A DNA stretch of 64,000 nt, from positions 4,603 to 68,602 of the forward strand of contig JAJDCQ010000035.1 in assembly GCA_029260755.1 (NCBI GenBank), read 5' to 3'. Of this stretch, positions 43,555 through 55,841 are shown piece after piece. The stretch's first letter is position 1; each line of letters opens with the position of its first letter. The position numbers and the translations under genes were made by a program. The notes below the pieces were generated by a model. It saw only the letters and a list, made by a program, of their open reading frames with translations, searched no databases and had not been told where the DNA came from. Origin of the DNA: Planctomycetota bacterium (GTDB taxonomy: Bacteria > Planctomycetota > J058 > JAJDCQ01).

Positions 43555-45195
43555 TCACGCGGGGCGCTCTCCGTCGGCGAGGCCGAGGCGATCGAGCGCC
43601 GCGACGGCGCGCGCGACCGCCTCGCCGGGAGAGCGGTCGTTCCGGACCTCGACGACGGGGGCGTCGGGGCGATCGACGGGGCTCTTCCACCGGCGCGCCA
43701 GCTCTCGCCGGATCTCGACGTCGGCGTCCGACGCGTCGCCTCGACGGGCAGCGATCCGCGTGCAGGCGACCTCGTCAGGCGCGGTGCAGACGACAAGCAC
43801 GCCCGGGACGCCGAGGGCCGAGGCCGCGTCGAGGAATCGCCGCCGACGGGTCGGGTCGACGAAGCTGGCGTCGACGATGGCGCGGCCGCCCTCCAGGACG
43901 ATCGCCTCGGCTCGTCGCAGGCACTCGGCGTAGGTTCGCTGGGTGTGGGCCGGTGCGTACAGCCCCTCGTCGACGCCGGCTCGCCCGCTCGTCTCGGGGG
44001 AGATCCCGGCGAGCTCCTTCCGGACGACGTCCGCCCGGATCAGGTCGAGCCCGGCGCGCTCGACGAGGCCGCGCGCCAGCGTCGTCTTGCCCGCGCCGGG
44101 GAGGCCGCCGATCAGCACGATGCAGGGGCGTCGCCCGGGGCTCTCGAGCGCCTCGAGGGCGAGGAGCCAGTGAGCCCGGGCGCGGCGCCGCGCGGCGTCC
44201 CGTTCGTCGGCGGGGATCTCGGGCTCGGCGAGAGCGAAGCCCTCGACCTTGGCGCGGACGACCGCCCGGTAGGAGACGTAGAAGGGGAGGAGGGCGCGGG
44301 CCTCGGCGTCGCCGCTCGCCTCGATCCACGCGTCGGCGAACGCGTTCGCCAGGTCGCGCCGGCCGTGGAACAGGAGGTCCATCACGACGAAGGCGACGTC
44401 GGCGACCGGGTCCGCGAACCGGAAGCGCTCGTTGAACTCGATCCCATCGATCGCGATCAGGTCGCGCGGCGGCTCGCGGTCGGGGAACGCGTAGACGTGG
44501 TCGAGGTGGAGGTCGCCGTGCGTCTCGCACGGCACGTCGCGTTCGGCGCGCCGCTGGATCCGCTGCCGGTGGGTCTCCAGGGCGGCCTCGGTCAGGGCGG
44601 CGACGCGGTCGAAGACGGCCTCGGAGACGGTCTCGCCGACGTGCCCCTTGCTCTGGGCGAAGTTCTCGGCGGCGTTTCGCTCGACGACGCCCCAGGTGCC
44701 GAAGTGCGCGATGCGGGGGCCGCGGGCCGCGTCGCGGTGGAACGCGGCCAGCCGGGTCGCGAATCGACGGAGCGGGCCGGCGTCGAGCTCGCCGCGCTCG
44801 AGTCGGGCGAGCAGGGTCGCCGCGTCGGGCAGGCGCCGCATGTGGACGGCCCACTCGAGGACCGGGCCGTCGGCATCGACGCGCAGGCGTCCGTCGGGGC
44901 CGCGTCCGATCGGGCGGACGTCCTCGTAGACCCCGGGGGCGAGGCGGCGGTTGATCCGGATCTCCTCGTCGCAGAAGTGGCGGCGCCGTTCGAGGGTGGC
45001 GAAGTCGAGGAAGCCGAGGTCGACCGGCTTCTTCACCTTGTAGACGTCGTCTCCGACCAGGAAGACGACCGAGATGTGGGTCTGACGCACCTCCACGCTC
45101 GCCCCCGGGTCGAGGCCGTAGGCCTCGCCGCGCGAGAGGTCTTCGATGATCTCATCGATCGCCAGCGTGTCGTGGTCCATCGTCTCCGGGCTCAC
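43555..45195 (-). CDS. bifunctional aminoglycoside-phosphotransferase-like/AAA kinase protein (Rv2004c-like)
   Basis: [32 protein letters not shown]-loop GLPGAGKT. Confidence 0.88.
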   Translation of the reverse strand: MSPETMDHDTLAIDEIIEDLSRGEAYGLDPGASVEVRQTHISVVFLVGDDVYKVKKPVDLGFLDFATLERRRHFCDEEIRINRRLAPGVYEDVRPIGRGPDGRLRVDADGPVLEWAVHMRRLPDAATLLARLERGELDAGPLRRFATRLAAFHRDAARGPRIAHFGTWGVVERNAAENFAQSKGHVGETVSEAVFDRVAALTEAALETHRQRIQRRAERDVPCETHGDLHLDHVYAFPDREPPRDLIAIDGIEFNERFRFADPVADVAFVVMDLLFHGRRDLANAFADAWIEASGDAEARALLPFYVSYRAVVRAKVEGFALAEPEIPADERDAARRRARAHWLLALEALESPGRRPCIVLIGGLPGAGKTTLARGLVERAGLDLIRADVVRKELAGISPETSGRAGVDEGLYAPAHTQRTYAECLRRAEAIVLEGGRAIVDASFVDPTRRRRFLDAASALGVPGVLVVCTAPDEVACTRIAARRGDASDADVEIRRELARRWKSPVDRPDAPVVEVRNDRSPGEAVARAVAALDRLGLADGERPA

Positions 45196-46510
45196 CGTCG
45201 TTCCCTCCGTCGGCGCGGACCCGCTCGAGCGTCAGGAAGTGCGTCGAGCACGAGATGCACGGGTCGTAGTTGCGCACCGCCTGCTCGGCCCTCCGGGTCG
45301 CGGCGTCGTGGTCGAGGTCGAGGAGGCCGGGGGCGAGCTCGACCAGGTCCTCCTCGATCGAGCGCTGGTTCTGGGAGGTCGGCGGGACGATCGTCGCGGC
45401 CGCGATGGATCCGTCGTCGGCGACGTCGTAGCGGTGGTAGAGGATCCCGCGGGGCGCCTCGGTGATGGAGCAGCCGCGCCCTGCGGTCCGCGGGAGCTCG
45501 ACGAATGGAAGCTCGGGGGGCTCGTAGGCGTCGATGATGCGGAGCGCCTCGCCGAAGGCGTAGAGCAGCTCGACGGCGCGCGCGGTGATGCTCCGGAACG
45601 GATTCCGGCACGGCGGTGTCAGGCCCGCCTCGCGAGCGGCGTCGCGGACCGCCTCGGGGAGGCGGTCGAAGCTCAGGTTGATCCGGGCGAGCGGTCCGAC
45701 CTGGTAGGTGCCGCGGTCGCGCAGGCGGGCGTGGAGCGCGGTCGAGCGCTCGACCTGCTCCTCGACGACGTGCTCCTCGAACTCGTGCGCGTCGATGGCG
45801 AGCCCGGCCGACGAGACGAGCCGCCCCTCGTTCATCGCGTACTCGTCGGGGTGGCTGAGGGCGACGAGCTCGACGTCGCGCTCGAGGTCGGGGAAGACGA
45901 GGCCGCCGGTCCAGCGCACCGTCTCGCGTGCGAACGCCTCGGCCCAGACCAGCTCCTCGCGCATCTCCGTGAGCTCGGCCCGGCTCGGCGCCCGGTGGAA
46001 CCCGCCGACCCGGACGTTGATCGGGTGGATCTCGCGCCCGCCGAGGCGCGCGACGATCGCGTTGCCGGCCTTCTTCATCCGGAGCGCCTTGCGGACGAGC
46101 TCGCCGTGGTCGGCCGCCATCCCGACGACGTCCTCGTAGCCGAGGAAGTCGGGCGCGTGGAGCATGAAGACGTGGAGGGCGTGGCTCTCGATCCACTCGC
46201 CGCAGTAGAGGAGCCGCCGGAGCTCCCGGAGCGGACCGTCGATCGTCACGCCGGCCGCCGCCTCGATCGCGTGGCAGGCGCTCATCTGATAGGCGACCGG
46301 GCAGATCCCGCAGATCCTCGCCGTGATGTCGGGCGCCTCGCCGCGGTCGCGCCCCCGCAGGATCGCCTCGAACAGGCGCGGCGGCTCGAAGATCCGGAGC
46401 TCCACCTCGGCCGGCTTGCCGCCTCCCGGGTATCGGATCCGCAGCGCCCCCTCGCCCTCGACGCGGGCGAGCTCGCCGACCTCGATCGTCCGCGCCTTAC
46501 GCTTCGCCAT
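45152..46510 (-). CDS. group 3b [NiFe]-hydrogenase large (alpha) subunit
   Basis: [31 protein letters not shown] followed by a cleavable extension. Confidence 0.93.
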   Translation of the reverse strand: MAKRKARTIEVGELARVEGEGALRIRYPGGGKPAEVELRIFEPPRLFEAILRGRDRGEAPDITARICGICPVAYQMSACHAIEAAAGVTIDGPLRELRRLLYCGEWIESHALHVFMLHAPDFLGYEDVVGMAADHGELVRKALRMKKAGNAIVARLGGREIHPINVRVGGFHRAPSRAELTEMREELVWAEAFARETVRWTGGLVFPDLERDVELVALSHPDEYAMNEGRLVSSAGLAIDAHEFEEHVVEEQVERSTALHARLRDRGTYQVGPLARINLSFDRLPEAVRDAAREAGLTPPCRNPFRSITARAVELLYAFGEALRIIDAYEPPELPFVELPRTAGRGCSITEAPRGILYHRYDVADDGSIAAATIVPPTSQNQRSIEEDLVELAPGLLDLDHDAATRRAEQAVRNYDPCISCSTHFLTLERVRADGGNDGEPGDDGPRHAGDR

Positions 46511-47291
46511 GACGGTCCCCCTCGGCGGCGAACGGCGCGGCGGCGGCGTTGAAGGTGCGGAACGCGCGGGCGACCTCGCCGCTCGGGGTGCCCGCCGCGC
46601 GGAACGCGTCGCCCAGCGCCGCGGCGTTGACCGAGTCGGCTGGCCCGAAGCAGCCGTAGCATCCGCGGTCGTAGGTCGGACAGAGGGCGCCGCACCCGGC
46701 GTGGGTGACCGGCCCCAGGCACGGCGTGCCGTGCGCGACCATCACACAGACGGTCCCGCGACGCTTGCACTCGATGCAGACGCTGCTCGATGCGATCGCC
46801 GGGCGCCGGTCGTGGAGGAACGCGATGATCACGTCGAGGAGCTCCCGCTTGTCGACGGGGCAGCCGCGCAGCTCGTAGTCGACGCGGACGTGGTCGGCGA
46901 TCGGCGTCGAGGTCGCGAGGGTGCGGAGGAAGTCGGGCCGCGGGTAGACGGCCGCGACGAGCGCGTCGGCGTCGGCGAAGTTGCGCAGCGCCTGGATGCC
47001 GCCTGATGTCGCGCAGGCGCCGATCGTCACGAGGCGCCTGGACACTCCGCGGATCTCGCGGATTCGCTCGGCATCGTGGGGCGTGGTGACCGACCCCTCG
47101 ACGAGGGTCAGGTCGTAGGGGCCCCGGACCGAGCGGCGCGAGGCCTCCGGGAAGTGCGCGATCTCGATCGCGTCGGCGACGGCGAGCAGCTCGTCCTCGC
47201 AGTCGAGGAGCGAGAGCTGGCAGCCGTCGCAGGAGGCGAGCTTGAAGACGGCGAGCTTGGGGCGCCGCGTCCTTCGTGAGCTGGCGGGCAT
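46497..47291 (-). CDS. group 3b hydrogenase small (delta) subunit
   Basis: [43 protein letters not shown]. Confidence 0.92.
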   Translation of the reverse strand: MPASSRRTRRPKLAVFKLASCDGCQLSLLDCEDELLAVADAIEIAHFPEASRRSVRGPYDLTLVEGSVTTPHDAERIREIRGVSRRLVTIGACATSGGIQALRNFADADALVAAVYPRPDFLRTLATSTPIADHVRVDYELRGCPVDKRELLDVIIAFLHDRRPAIASSSVCIECKRRGTVCVMVAHGTPCLGPVTHAGCGALCPTYDRGCYGCFGPADSVNAAALGDAFRAAGTPSGEVARAFRTFNAAAAPFAAEGDRHGEA

Positions 47292-48118
47292 CAGACCTCC
47301 CGGACCCCGAGGAGTCGGCCGACGTGATCGAGGCGGTAGACCGGGCCGCGGCGGCAGACGAGCTCCGGTCCCATCTGGCAGTGACCGCAGAGGCCGACGC
47401 CGCAGTGCATGTTGCGCTCGAGGGAGACCCAGATCTCGCGGCGGGGGATGCCGCGCGCCTCGAGCTCGGCCGCCGTGAACCGCATCATCACCTCGGGCCC
47501 GCAGAGGATCGCGAGGCAGGCGTCCGGGTCGAGGTCGACGTCCGTGAGGAGCGTCGTGACGACGCCGACGTGGCCGCGCCAGGATGCGTCGGCGTGGTCG
47601 ACCGTCACGCCGACCTGAAGGTCGAACCGACCGCGCCAGCGGGCGAGGTCGGCCTCGAAGAGGATGTCGTCCGGCGTGCGGGCGCCGTAGAGGACGGTCA
47701 CGCGCCCGTAGAGCTCCCGCTCGGCGATGATCCGCTGGATCACGGGCCGGAGCGGGGCGAGCCCGATCCCGCCGGCGACGAGGACGACGTCGCGCCCGCG
47801 CGCCTCCTCGACCGGCCAGGCCGTCCCGAACGGCCCGCGGACGCCGACGGTGCCGCCGCGGCGAAGTCGGCAGAGCGCCCGGGTGGTCGCGCCGACCGCC
47901 CGGATCGTGTGCTCGACGCCGCCGCCGCGGGCCGGCCGTCCGCTCACCGAGATCGGCACCTCGCCGGCGCCGAACGCGTAGAGCATGTGGAACTGTCCGG
48001 GCTCGAAGGCGTCGGAGCGGTCGCCGTGGTCGAGCCGGATCGTGACGACGTCCGCCGTCTCCCGGCGCACCGCGCGGACCGTCGCGATCGCCGGCCGCAT
48101 CGAGTCGACCGCCGTCAC
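47291..48118 (-). CDS. group 3b hydrogenase gamma subunit (FAD/NAD(P)-binding, 2Fe-2S)
   Basis: [37 protein letters not shown]. Confidence 0.92.
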   Translation of the reverse strand: MTAVDSMRPAIATVRAVRRETADVVTIRLDHGDRSDAFEPGQFHMLYAFGAGEVPISVSGRPARGGGVEHTIRAVGATTRALCRLRRGGTVGVRGPFGTAWPVEEARGRDVVLVAGGIGLAPLRPVIQRIIAERELYGRVTVLYGARTPDDILFEADLARWRGRFDLQVGVTVDHADASWRGHVGVVTTLLTDVDLDPDACLAILCGPEVMMRFTAAELEARGIPRREIWVSLERNMHCGVGLCGHCQMGPELVCRRGPVYRLDHVGRLLGVREV

Positions 48119-48603
48119 GGGGCGTCTCCGCCCGCGGGGCTCGCCGCGAAGACGTCGAGCATCTGCATCCGCGTGCTCTGGAGACGGCTCTGCACGACGG
48201 GGAGGAAGCGCCGGTAGAGCTGGTAGCCGAGCTCGTGGTCGTCCTCGCACTTTCCGCGGAGGCACTTTCCGTCGAGGGCGAACGCGGCCGTCGCCTCGAC
48301 CGTCCGGGCGTCGTACTGCCAGCGGTAGGGCGGCACCAGCCACGACCAGCCGAGGACGTCCGGCGGGTCGAGCGTCTGGAGGGTCACCGGACCGCGCCCG
48401 GGGACGTGGACCTCGAGGGCGACCCGGCCGCTCCGGAGGAGGTAGAAGTCGTCGGCGGCCCCCCCGGACTCGAAGATCCGTTCACTCGCGGCGAACCGGA
48501 TGTTCCGGGCGCAGCCGGCCAGCAGCTCGACGTGACGGGCCTCGAGCCCCGCGAGGAAGGGGTGCTCGGCCAGCGCGGTCTCGATCGGTCGGTGCCGGGG
48601 CAT
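48115..48603 (-). CDS. stand-alone cyclic-nucleotide-binding domain protein
   Basis: [22 protein letters not shown]; no HTH. Confidence 0.85.
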   Translation of the reverse strand: MPRHRPIETALAEHPFLAGLEARHVELLAGCARNIRFAASERIFESGGAADDFYLLRSGRVALEVHVPGRGPVTLQTLDPPDVLGWSWLVPPYRWQYDARTVEATAAFALDGKCLRGKCEDDHELGYQLYRRFLPVVQSRLQSTRMQMLDVFAASPAGGDAP

Positions 48604-48616
48604 CGTCGGTCGCTCC

Positions 48617-49780
48617 TCAGACCCGGAATCCCGCGGTCCTGGTGCGGGGCGGCGGGCTCCCGTCGCTTCGGAGGCCGACCACCTCGGCGGTGATGTCGAT
48701 CGCGACGGGGCACCAGGTGATGCAACGTCCGCAGCCGACGCAGCCCGACTCGTCGAACTGGTCGTGCCACGAGGCGAGCTTGTGGGTGATCCAGTGGCGG
48801 TAGCGGGCGCCGACGGACGGTCGGACGCTCCCGCCGTGGATGTAGGAGAAGTCCATCGTGAAGCAGCTGTCCCAGCTCCGCTCGCGCCACGCTGTCGCGC
48901 CGGTGATGTCGGTCAGGTCGGAGACGCTGGTGCAGAAGCACGTCGGGCAGACCATCGTGCAGTTCGCGCAGCCGAGGCAGCGGGCGGCGATCTCGTCCCA
49001 CCGGGGATGCTCGCGGCAGCCGTAGAGGAGCTCGCGGAGCCCGTCGGTCTCGAGCTCCCGCCCCATCCGGGACGCGGCGCCGGTCACGACCGCGGCGGCG
49101 CGCGCGATCTCGTCGCCGGTCGCCGCGCGATGCGGGACCGCCTCGAGGACGGCCGCGCCACGTTCGGTCGCGACCTCGATGACGAAGGTGTGCTCGCCGT
49201 CGCCGTGCAGCTCGGTCAGGGCGAGGTCGAACCCGGACCGGGCCGACGGTCCCGTGTCGGCCGAGACGCAGAAGCAGGTCCCGCCGGGCTCGCCACAGTG
49301 GGCGGCCACGATGAAGGCCTCGTCGCGGCGCGCTCGGTAGTGAGCGTCGGTGTGCTCGCTCCCGAGGAGGACTCGATCCTGAACCGCGATCGCCGCGATC
49401 TCGCACGGACGAGCGCCGATCAGGGCGATCGGCCCGGGCGCCGGCGCGGGCGGATCGAGGGCGAAGCCGCCCTCGTCGTCGCGGCGCGCCGTGAAGAGCT
49501 GGAGCGAGGGCGGGAGGAAGAGGCGCTTGGGCGAGTCGGGCCCGACCGCCCAGCCGAAGAGGGCGCCGTCGCCGCGGCGCACGAGCTGGCACCGCCCGGC
49601 GTCCTGCTCGAGGGTCCAGCCCGCGGGCAGATCGGCCACGCCGCGAAGCGGGCCCCAGACGATCGACCCGTCGCGCACGATCGGGCCGTGCGGCGCGAAG
49701 CCGCGCTCCGAGAGCGCGGCGATCAGTCGGTCGAGCCCATCGACGTCGAGGGCGCGAGCGTCTCCTGCTGGATCGGACAT
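48617..49780 (-). CDS. group 3b hydrogenase beta subunit (4Fe-4S, AsrA-like)
   Basis: [36 protein letters not shown]. Confidence 0.92.
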   Translation of the reverse strand: MSDPAGDARALDVDGLDRLIAALSERGFAPHGPIVRDGSIVWGPLRGVADLPAGWTLEQDAGRCQLVRRGDGALFGWAVGPDSPKRLFLPPSLQLFTARRDDEGGFALDPPAPAPGPIALIGARPCEIAAIAVQDRVLLGSEHTDAHYRARRDEAFIVAAHCGEPGGTCFCVSADTGPSARSGFDLALTELHGDGEHTFVIEVATERGAAVLEAVPHRAATGDEIARAAAVVTGAASRMGRELETDGLRELLYGCREHPRWDEIAARCLGCANCTMVCPTCFCTSVSDLTDITGATAWRERSWDSCFTMDFSYIHGGSVRPSVGARYRHWITHKLASWHDQFDESGCVGCGRCITWCPVAIDITAEVVGLRSDGSPPPRTRTAGFRV

Positions 49781-49793
49781 GGGTCGACCGGAA

Positions 49794-49808
49794 GCACGCA
49801 CGGTGCCG
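49794..49808 (-). promoter_or_regulatory. putative sigma54 promoter for the hydrogenase operon
   Basis: minus strand CGGCACCGTGCGTGC (GG-N10-GC). Confidence 0.5.
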
Positions 49809-49859
49809 AACGAGAACGGCCGGCCTGGCGCGGCGAATCCGCTCGCGGCGCCCGGCGGG

Positions 49860-49898
49860 CCGGGGAGAATTCACGGGTGACCGTGAGATTTCCCCCGG
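49860..49898. promoter_or_regulatory. imperfect inverted repeat between divergent promoters (candidate activator site)
   Basis: CCGGGGAGAATTCACGG-GTGA-CCGTGAGATTTCCCCCGG. Confidence 0.45.
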
Positions 49899-49957
49899 CG
49901 CTCGCGGGCTCGTGGGGGCGACTGGCCGCCTCCTCGCGGACGGAGTGGACCCGGGGG

Positions 49958-49973
49958 CTGGTCGCCGAATTGC
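49958..49973 (+). promoter_or_regulatory. putative sigma54 promoter for the hyp-rnf operon
   Basis: CTGGTCGCCGAATTGC (TGG-N8-TTGC), 48 nt before the hypF ATG. Confidence 0.5.
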
Positions 49974-50021
49974 GATGCCCGGCGACTCGCTCGGTGAGCG
50001 ACTCGGAGGCGACGCGTATCC

Positions 50022-52400
50022 ATGACGATCCTCGAGGCCGGCGAACGGGGCCGCCTTTCCGCGCTCGATGAGCCGCCCGCCGGGGCGCGCCGGTTCGTCA
50101 TCACCGGACGGGTGCAGGGCGTCGGCTTCCGTCCGTTCGTCCACGCGGTCGCGCGGCGCCTCGGTCTGGGCGGCCACGTCCGGAACCGTGGCGCGGCGGT
50201 GGAGATCGTCGCCGCCGGCGATCCGGACGCGCTCGACGCCTTCACCGAGGCGCTCCACCGCGATGCGCCGCCCCTCGCCCGGGTTCGCTCGATCGAGTCG
50301 CGCGAGCTGGCGCCGTCCGAGACGCCGGCGCCGGGCCCCCTCCGGATCCTCGAGAGCGCCGGGCGCTCGGGCGGGCGGGAGGTGGCGCTGTTCGCCCCCG
50401 ACGTCGCCGTGTGCTCGCCCTGCCTCGCCGAGGTCGACGATCCGGCCGATCGCCGGGCCGGTCACCCGTTCGCGAGCTGCACCGACTGCGGGCCGCGCTA
50501 CACGATCGCGACCGCGGCGCCGTTCGACCGCGAGCGCACGACGATGGCGCCGCTGCCGCGCTGCGCCCGGTGCGACGCGGAGTACGGCGACCCCTCCGAC
50601 CGTCGCCATCACGCGCAGACGGTCGCCTGCCCCGACTGCGGCCCCCGGCTCGCGCTCGTCACGGGCGACGGGGAGCGTCAGGTCGGCGACCCGATCGAGC
50701 TCGCCGCGCGCCGCCTCGCTCGCGGAGGGATCGTCGCGGTGAAGGGCATCGGCGGCTACCACCTCGCCGTCGACGCGACCGACGAGGACGCGGTCGCGAC
50801 CCTGCGGCGGCGCAAGGCGCGGGACGCGAGGCCGTTCGCCGTCCTCGTCGCCGACCTCGCCGCGGCCCGCGCGCTCGGACGGGTCGGCTCGCTCGAGGAG
50901 CGCCTGCTCGCCTCCGCGGTCGCGCCGATCGTCCTCCTCGATCGGGCAGCCGGATCGAGCGCCCTCGCCCCGTCGGTCGCGCCCGGCGTCCCCGGGGTCG
51001 GGGTGATGCTGCCGTCGACGCCGCTCCACCATCTGCTCGCGCGCCGGGTCGGGCGTCCGCTCGTGCTCACGAGCGGCAACCTCGCCGGCGAGCCGATCGT
51101 GCTCGACGATGCCGACGCGCGGGAGCGCCTCGGGGCGATCGCCGACGCCCTCCTCGTCCACGACCGCGCCATCCGGGTCCGGTGCGACGACTCGGTCGTC
51201 CGGCCGATCGCGGGGGGGCCGTGCTGGATCCGTCGGAGCCGGGGTCGCGTGCCGGCGCCGATCACGCTGCCGCGACCTCTCGCCGCGCCGACCCTCGCCG
51301 CGGGGGGACATCAGAAGGCGGTCATCGCCCTCGGCGCGGGCGACCAGGCGACGCCCGGGCCCCACGTCGGCGACCTCGACTCGCTCCGCGCGGTCGCCGC
51401 CCTCGACGAGGCGCTCGCCCACGCGCTCGCCCTCGGCGGGCCGGAGCCATCCCGCGTCGTCCACGACGCGCATCCCGGCTACGCCTCGACCGCGTGGGCG
51501 CGCGCGCTGGCGACCGCGCGTGGTCTCGAGACGATCGCCGTCCAGCATCACCACGCCCACGTCGCCGCGGCGATGGCGGAGCACGGGCTGGTCGGGCCGG
51601 TGATCGGGGTGGCCCTCGACGGCGCCGGCTGGGGGCCCGACGGGACGGTCTGGGGCGGGGAGATCCTCGTCGCCGACCTCGCGCGGTTCCGGCGCGCGGC
51701 CCATCTGCGGACGGTGCCGCAGCCCGGCGGCGACCGGGCGGCGCGCGAGCCGTGGCGGATGGCAGTCGTCCACCTCGACGCCGCCGGGATCGACGTCGCC
51801 GCGCGGGCGCTCGGTCGCCGCGCGGCGCCGCGCGCGCTCGCCGCGGTCCGCCGGATGGCCGCGCGCGGCGTGAACGCGCCGCTCACATCGAGCGCCGGCC
51901 GACTCTTCGACGCGGTCGCGGCGATCGTCGTCGACGACGGGAGCCTCGACCGGATCGCGTTCGAGGGGCAGGCGGCGGTGCGTCTCGAGGCGCTCGCCCT
52001 GACCGACGACGCGGCGGAGCCGTTCCCGTTCGCGATCGACGCTCCGGACGGCGACGTGCCGCTGCGCCTCGACCCGCGGCCCCTCGTCGCCGCCGCCGCC
52101 CGGGCGGTCGATGCGGGCGCGCCGCGCGCGCGGATCGCGCGCCGGTTCCACCTCGGCCTGGCCGCGATGCTGGCCGCCGCCGTGGGGCGGATCCGGGCGG
52201 CGGACGGGCCCGCCGACGTCGTCCTCACCGGCGGGTGCTTCCAGAACGCGCTCCTGACCGAGGAGACCGCCCGGCGGCTGCGCGCCGCGGGGCTCACGGT
52301 TCACCTCCATCGCGAGCTGCCGCCGAACGACGGCGGCCTCTGCGTCGGGCAGCTCGCCGTGGTCGCCGGCCGCGACGCGGCCGCGCGGGCGAGGAGCTGA
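50022..52400 (+). CDS. hypF: carbamoyltransferase HypF
   Basis: [12 protein letters not shown], Zn fingers CTDCGPR and [26 protein letters not shown]. Confidence 0.95.
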   Translation: MTILEAGERGRLSALDEPPAGARRFVITGRVQGVGFRPFVHAVARRLGLGGHVRNRGAAVEIVAAGDPDALDAFTEALHRDAPPLARVRSIESRELAPSETPAPGPLRILESAGRSGGREVALFAPDVAVCSPCLAEVDDPADRRAGHPFASCTDCGPRYTIATAAPFDRERTTMAPLPRCARCDAEYGDPSDRRHHAQTVACPDCGPRLALVTGDGERQVGDPIELAARRLARGGIVAVKGIGGYHLAVDATDEDAVATLRRRKARDARPFAVLVADLAAARALGRVGSLEERLLASAVAPIVLLDRAAGSSALAPSVAPGVPGVGVMLPSTPLHHLLARRVGRPLVLTSGNLAGEPIVLDDADARERLGAIADALLVHDRAIRVRCDDSVVRPIAGGPCWIRRSRGRVPAPITLPRPLAAPTLAAGGHQKAVIALGAGDQATPGPHVGDLDSLRAVAALDEALAHALALGGPEPSRVVHDAHPGYASTAWARALATARGLETIAVQHHHAHVAAAMAEHGLVGPVIGVALDGAGWGPDGTVWGGEILVADLARFRRAAHLRTVPQPGGDRAAREPWRMAVVHLDAAGIDVAARALGRRAAPRALAAVRRMAARGVNAPLTSSAGRLFDAVAAIVVDDGSLDRIAFEGQAAVRLEALALTDDAAEPFPFAIDAPDGDVPLRLDPRPLVAAAARAVDAGAPRARIARRFHLGLAAMLAAAVGRIRAADGPADVVLTGGCFQNALLTEETARRLRAAGLTVHLHRELPPNDGGLCVGQLAVVAGRDAAARARS

Positions 52401-52405
52401 CGCCC

Positions 52406-52684
52406 ATGTGCCTCGGGATCCCGGGTCAGGTCGTGGAGCTCGACGCGGGCGGCGAGCTCCTCATGGGCAAGGTCGCGTTCGGCGGCGTCCGGCGGCGGGT
52501 CTGCCTCGCCCACGTCGCGGACGCGCGGCCGGGCGACTGGGTGCTCGTCCACGTCGGGTTCGCGATCGGCCGGATCGACGAGGCCGAGGCGGCCCGCGTG
52601 TTCGAGCTGCTCGAGGCGATGGGCGAGGCGCGCGTTCCCGACGGCCCAGTCGACGCCCCCCTCGACGCAGGGTCCCGACCATGA
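52406..52684 (+). CDS. hypC: hydrogenase assembly chaperone HypC
   Basis: [19 protein letters not shown]. Confidence 0.95.
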   Translation: MCLGIPGQVVELDAGGELLMGKVAFGGVRRRVCLAHVADARPGDWVLVHVGFAIGRIDEAEAARVFELLEAMGEARVPDGPVDAPLDAGSRP

Positions 52685-53802
52685 GGTACCTCGACGAGTA
52701 CCGAGACCCCGTCGCCGCCCGGCGGCTCGCCGACGCGATCGCCGTCGCGGCGACCCGGCCGTGGACGATCATGGAGGTCTGCGGCGGGCAGACGCATGCG
52801 ATCGTGCGTCACGGGATCGATGAGCTCCTGCCCGACGCGGTCGAGCTCGTTCACGGGCCGGGGTGTCCGGTCTGCGTCACGTCGCTCGAGACGATCGATC
52901 GGGCCCACGCGATCGCGTCGCGGCCGGGGGTGATCCTCTGCTCGTTCGGCGACATGCTCCGGGTGCCGGGCAGCCGCGGCGACCTCCTCGCCGCCCGGGC
53001 GGCGGGCGCCGACGTCCGGGTCGTCTACGGACCGCTCGACGCCGTGGAGATCGCCGCGAAGAACCCCGACGCGCAGGTCGTCTTCTTCGCCGTCGGCTTC
53101 GAGACGACCGCTCCGGCGAACGCCACCGCGATCTGGCTCGCCAGGCGCCGCGGGCTGAGCAACTTCAGCGCCCTCGTCAGCCACGTCCTCGTGCCGCCGG
53201 CGATCCGGGCCATCCTGGGCGACCCGCGCAACCGGGTGCAGGCGTTCCTCGGCCCCGGGCACGTCTGCGCGATCGTCGGCGTGACCCAGTACGAGCTGAT
53301 CGCCGCCGAGCACCGGGTCCCGATCGTGATCGCGGGGTTCGAGCCGCTCGATCTCCTCGACGGCATCCTCCTCGCGGTCCGTCAGCTCGAGGCGGGCCGG
53401 GCGGAGGTCGAGAACGCCTACGCCCGCGTCGTCGCGCGCGAGGGGAACCGGCGCGCCGTCGCGATCCTCGACGAGGTCTTCGAGGTCGCCGACCGGACGT
53501 GGCGCGGGGTCGGCCCGATCCCGGCCAGCGGCTACCGGCTCCGCCCCGAGTTTCACGAGCACGACGCCGAGCGGCTCTTCGAGGTCGAGACGATCACGAC
53601 GGCCGAGAGCTCCCTGTGTCGGGCGGGGGAGATCCTCCAGGGCCGGCTCCGGCCGACCGATTGCCCCGCCTTCGGGCGCGAGTGCACACCCCGGACGCCG
53701 CTCGGCGCCACGATGGTCAGCGCCGAGGGCGCCTGCGCCGCCTACTGGGCCTGCGGCCGGCGGTCCGAGCCGGCCCACGACGCCGAGGAGGTGAGGGCGT
53801 GA
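52681..53802 (+). CDS. hypD: hydrogenase formation protein HypD
   Basis: [35 protein letters not shown]. Confidence 0.96.
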   Translation: MRYLDEYRDPVAARRLADAIAVAATRPWTIMEVCGGQTHAIVRHGIDELLPDAVELVHGPGCPVCVTSLETIDRAHAIASRPGVILCSFGDMLRVPGSRGDLLAARAAGADVRVVYGPLDAVEIAAKNPDAQVVFFAVGFETTAPANATAIWLARRRGLSNFSALVSHVLVPPAIRAILGDPRNRVQAFLGPGHVCAIVGVTQYELIAAEHRVPIVIAGFEPLDLLDGILLAVRQLEAGRAEVENAYARVVAREGNRRAVAILDEVFEVADRTWRGVGPIPASGYRLRPEFHEHDAERLFEVETITTAESSLCRAGEILQGRLRPTDCPAFGRECTPRTPLGATMVSAEGACAAYWACGRRSEPAHDAEEVRA

Positions 53803-54866
53803 GCGGGACCGAGGCGCGCGTCGAGCCGGCGGCGGCCTGTCCGGTGCCGGCCCGCGGCTACGACCGGATCGTGCTCGGCCACGGGGCGGGCGGAGGCCTC
53901 TCGGCCGATCTTCTCCGGGATGTCTTCCTGCCCGCGTTCGGCAACCCGACCCTGCGCGCGCTCGAGGATCAGGCGAGTCTGGCGATCGACGGGGCGCGGA
54001 TCGCGGTGACGACCGACGCGTTCGTGGTGAAGCCGCTCTTCTTCCCCGGGGGCGACATCGGGCGCCTCGCCGTGAACGGGACGGTCAACGACCTGGCCGT
54101 CGGCGGGGCCGAGCCGCTCGTCATCACGGCGGCGTTCGTCCTGGAGGAGGGCCTGCCCGTCGCCGACCTCGTGCGGATCGCCGGGTCGATGGGGGCGGCC
54201 TGCGCCGAGGCGGGCGTCGACCTCGTCGCCGGCGACACCAAGGTCGTCGACCGGGGCCGCGGCGACGGCGTCTACGTGACGACGACCGGCGTCGGCCGGG
54301 TCCCGGTCGGGCGACGTCTCTCGATCGCCGGAGCCTGCCCGGGCGACCGCGTCCTCGTCTCGGGGACGCTCGGCGACCACGGGATCGCGATCCTGAGCGT
54401 CCGCGAGGGGATCGACTTCGAGACGCCGCTCCGGAGCGACACGGCGCCGCTCCACCGTCTGACCGCGGCCGTCCTCGCGGCGGGCGGCGACGCGGTCCAC
54501 GCGATGCGCGACCCGACTCGCGGCGGAGCGGCGAGCACCCTCCACGAGCTGGCGGAGGCGTCGGGCGTCGGCGTCGTCGTCGACGAGACGGCCGTTCCCC
54601 TCCGGAGTGAGGTCCGCGGCGCGTGCGAGCTCCTCGGCCTCGACCCGCTCCACGTCGCCAACGAGGGCAAGGTCATCGCCGTCGTCGACCGGGCCGCCAC
54701 CGACGCGGTCCTCGCCGCGATGCGGGCCGACCCGCTCGGTCGCGACGCGGCGGTCATCGGCGAGGTCGTCGCGGATCACCCGGCGGTCGTCACCGTCCGC
54801 TCGGCGCTCGGCGGGGAGCGGCTCCTGCCGACGATCCCCGGCGAGCAGCTCCCGAGGATCTGCTGA
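53799..54866 (+). CDS. hypE: carbamoyl dehydratase HypE
   Basis: [30 protein letters not shown]-terminal LPRIC. Confidence 0.96.
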   Translation: MSGTEARVEPAAACPVPARGYDRIVLGHGAGGGLSADLLRDVFLPAFGNPTLRALEDQASLAIDGARIAVTTDAFVVKPLFFPGGDIGRLAVNGTVNDLAVGGAEPLVITAAFVLEEGLPVADLVRIAGSMGAACAEAGVDLVAGDTKVVDRGRGDGVYVTTTGVGRVPVGRRLSIAGACPGDRVLVSGTLGDHGIAILSVREGIDFETPLRSDTAPLHRLTAAVLAAGGDAVHAMRDPTRGGAASTLHELAEASGVGVVVDETAVPLRSEVRGACELLGLDPLHVANEGKVIAVVDRAATDAVLAAMRADPLGRDAAVIGEVVADHPAVVTVRSALGGERLLPTIPGEQLPRIC

Positions 54867-55111
54867 TGCACGAGCTCGGCCTCGCCCGTGAGATCGTCCG
54901 GATCGTCACCCGCGCCGCCGCCGGCGCCCGGGTGGTCCGCGTCGTCGTCCGGGTCGGCGCGTGGAGCTGCGTCGAGCCGACCGCCCTCGGGCTCTGCTTC
55001 GACCTTGCGGCGGCGGGCACGCCCGCGGCCGAGGCGAGCCTCGAGGTGAAGCGGACCGAGGCGCCCTCGCGCCTCGATGAGCTCGTCGTCGAGGAGATGG
55101 AGGTCGTCTGA
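54866..55111 (+). CDS. hypA: HypA nickel metallochaperone, short form without the zinc finger
   Basis: MHE start, VG..SCVEP.AL..CF; no CxxC motifs. Confidence 0.85.
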   Translation: MHELGLAREIVRIVTRAAAGARVVRVVVRVGAWSCVEPTALGLCFDLAAAGTPAAEASLEVKRTEAPSRLDELVVEEMEVV

Positions 55112-55112
55112 C

Positions 55113-55841
55113 ATGTGCGGCACCTGCGGATGCGGCGAAGCGGAGCCCTCGGGGGCGCCGGAGCCCGAGGCCCCCGGGCGGACGGTGCGGCTCGAGGAGG
55201 CGATCCTCGGGCGGAACGACGCCCTCGCCGCGGAGAACCGGCGGCGTCTCGCCGAGGCCGGCGTCGCCAGCGTCGACCTCCTCGGCTCGCCCGGGGCGGG
55301 CAAGACGACGCTCCTCTGCCGGCTCATCCCCGAGCTCGCTGCGGCCGGCCCGATCCTCGTCGTCGAGGGCGATCAGGCGACCGATGGCGACGCCCGTCGC
55401 GTCCGGAAGGCGGGGGCGCGGGCGATTCAGGTGAACACCGGATCGGGCTGTCACCTCGACGCGGCGATGGTCGCCGGGGCGCTCGACCGCCTCGACCCCC
55501 CGCCCGGGTCGCTCGTGGTCATCGAGAACGTCGGCAACCTGATCTGCCCGGCCATGTTCGACCTCGGCGCCGCGGCGCGCGTCGTGGTGGCCTCGACGCC
55601 CGAGGGGGAGGAGAAGCCGCTCAAGTACCCCCACGCGTTCCGGTCGGCCGACCTGGTGCTCCTCGCCAAGGTCGACCTGCTCCCCCACCTCCGCTTCGAC
55701 GTCGCCCGGTTCGAGGAGAACGTGCGGGCCGTCGGCTCCGCGGAGGTCATCCGGGTCTCGGCGCTCGACGGGACCGGCGTGACCGAGGTGGCTCGATGGC
55801 TGCTCACCGTCGGGGGGGAGCGAGTCGATGCCCGCGCGTGA
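55113..55841 (+). CDS. hypB: nickel-insertion GTPase HypB
   Basis: [38 protein letters not shown]. Confidence 0.95.
   Translation: MCGTCGCGEAEPSGAPEPEAPGRTVRLEEAILGRNDALAAENRRRLAEAGVASVDLLGSPGAGKTTLLCRLIPELAAAGPILVVEGDQATDGDARRVRKAGARAIQVNTGSGCHLDAAMVAGALDRLDPPPGSLVVIENVGNLICPAMFDLGAAARVVVASTPEGEEKPLKYPHAFRSADLVLLAKVDLLPHLRFDVARFEENVRAVGSAEVIRVSALDGTGVTEVARWLLTVGGERVDARA

Noticed and set aside
45152-46510. [NiFeSe] or recoded hydrogenase
   Set aside because: The C-terminal motif is DPCISC with ordinary Cys codons and there is no in-frame TGA
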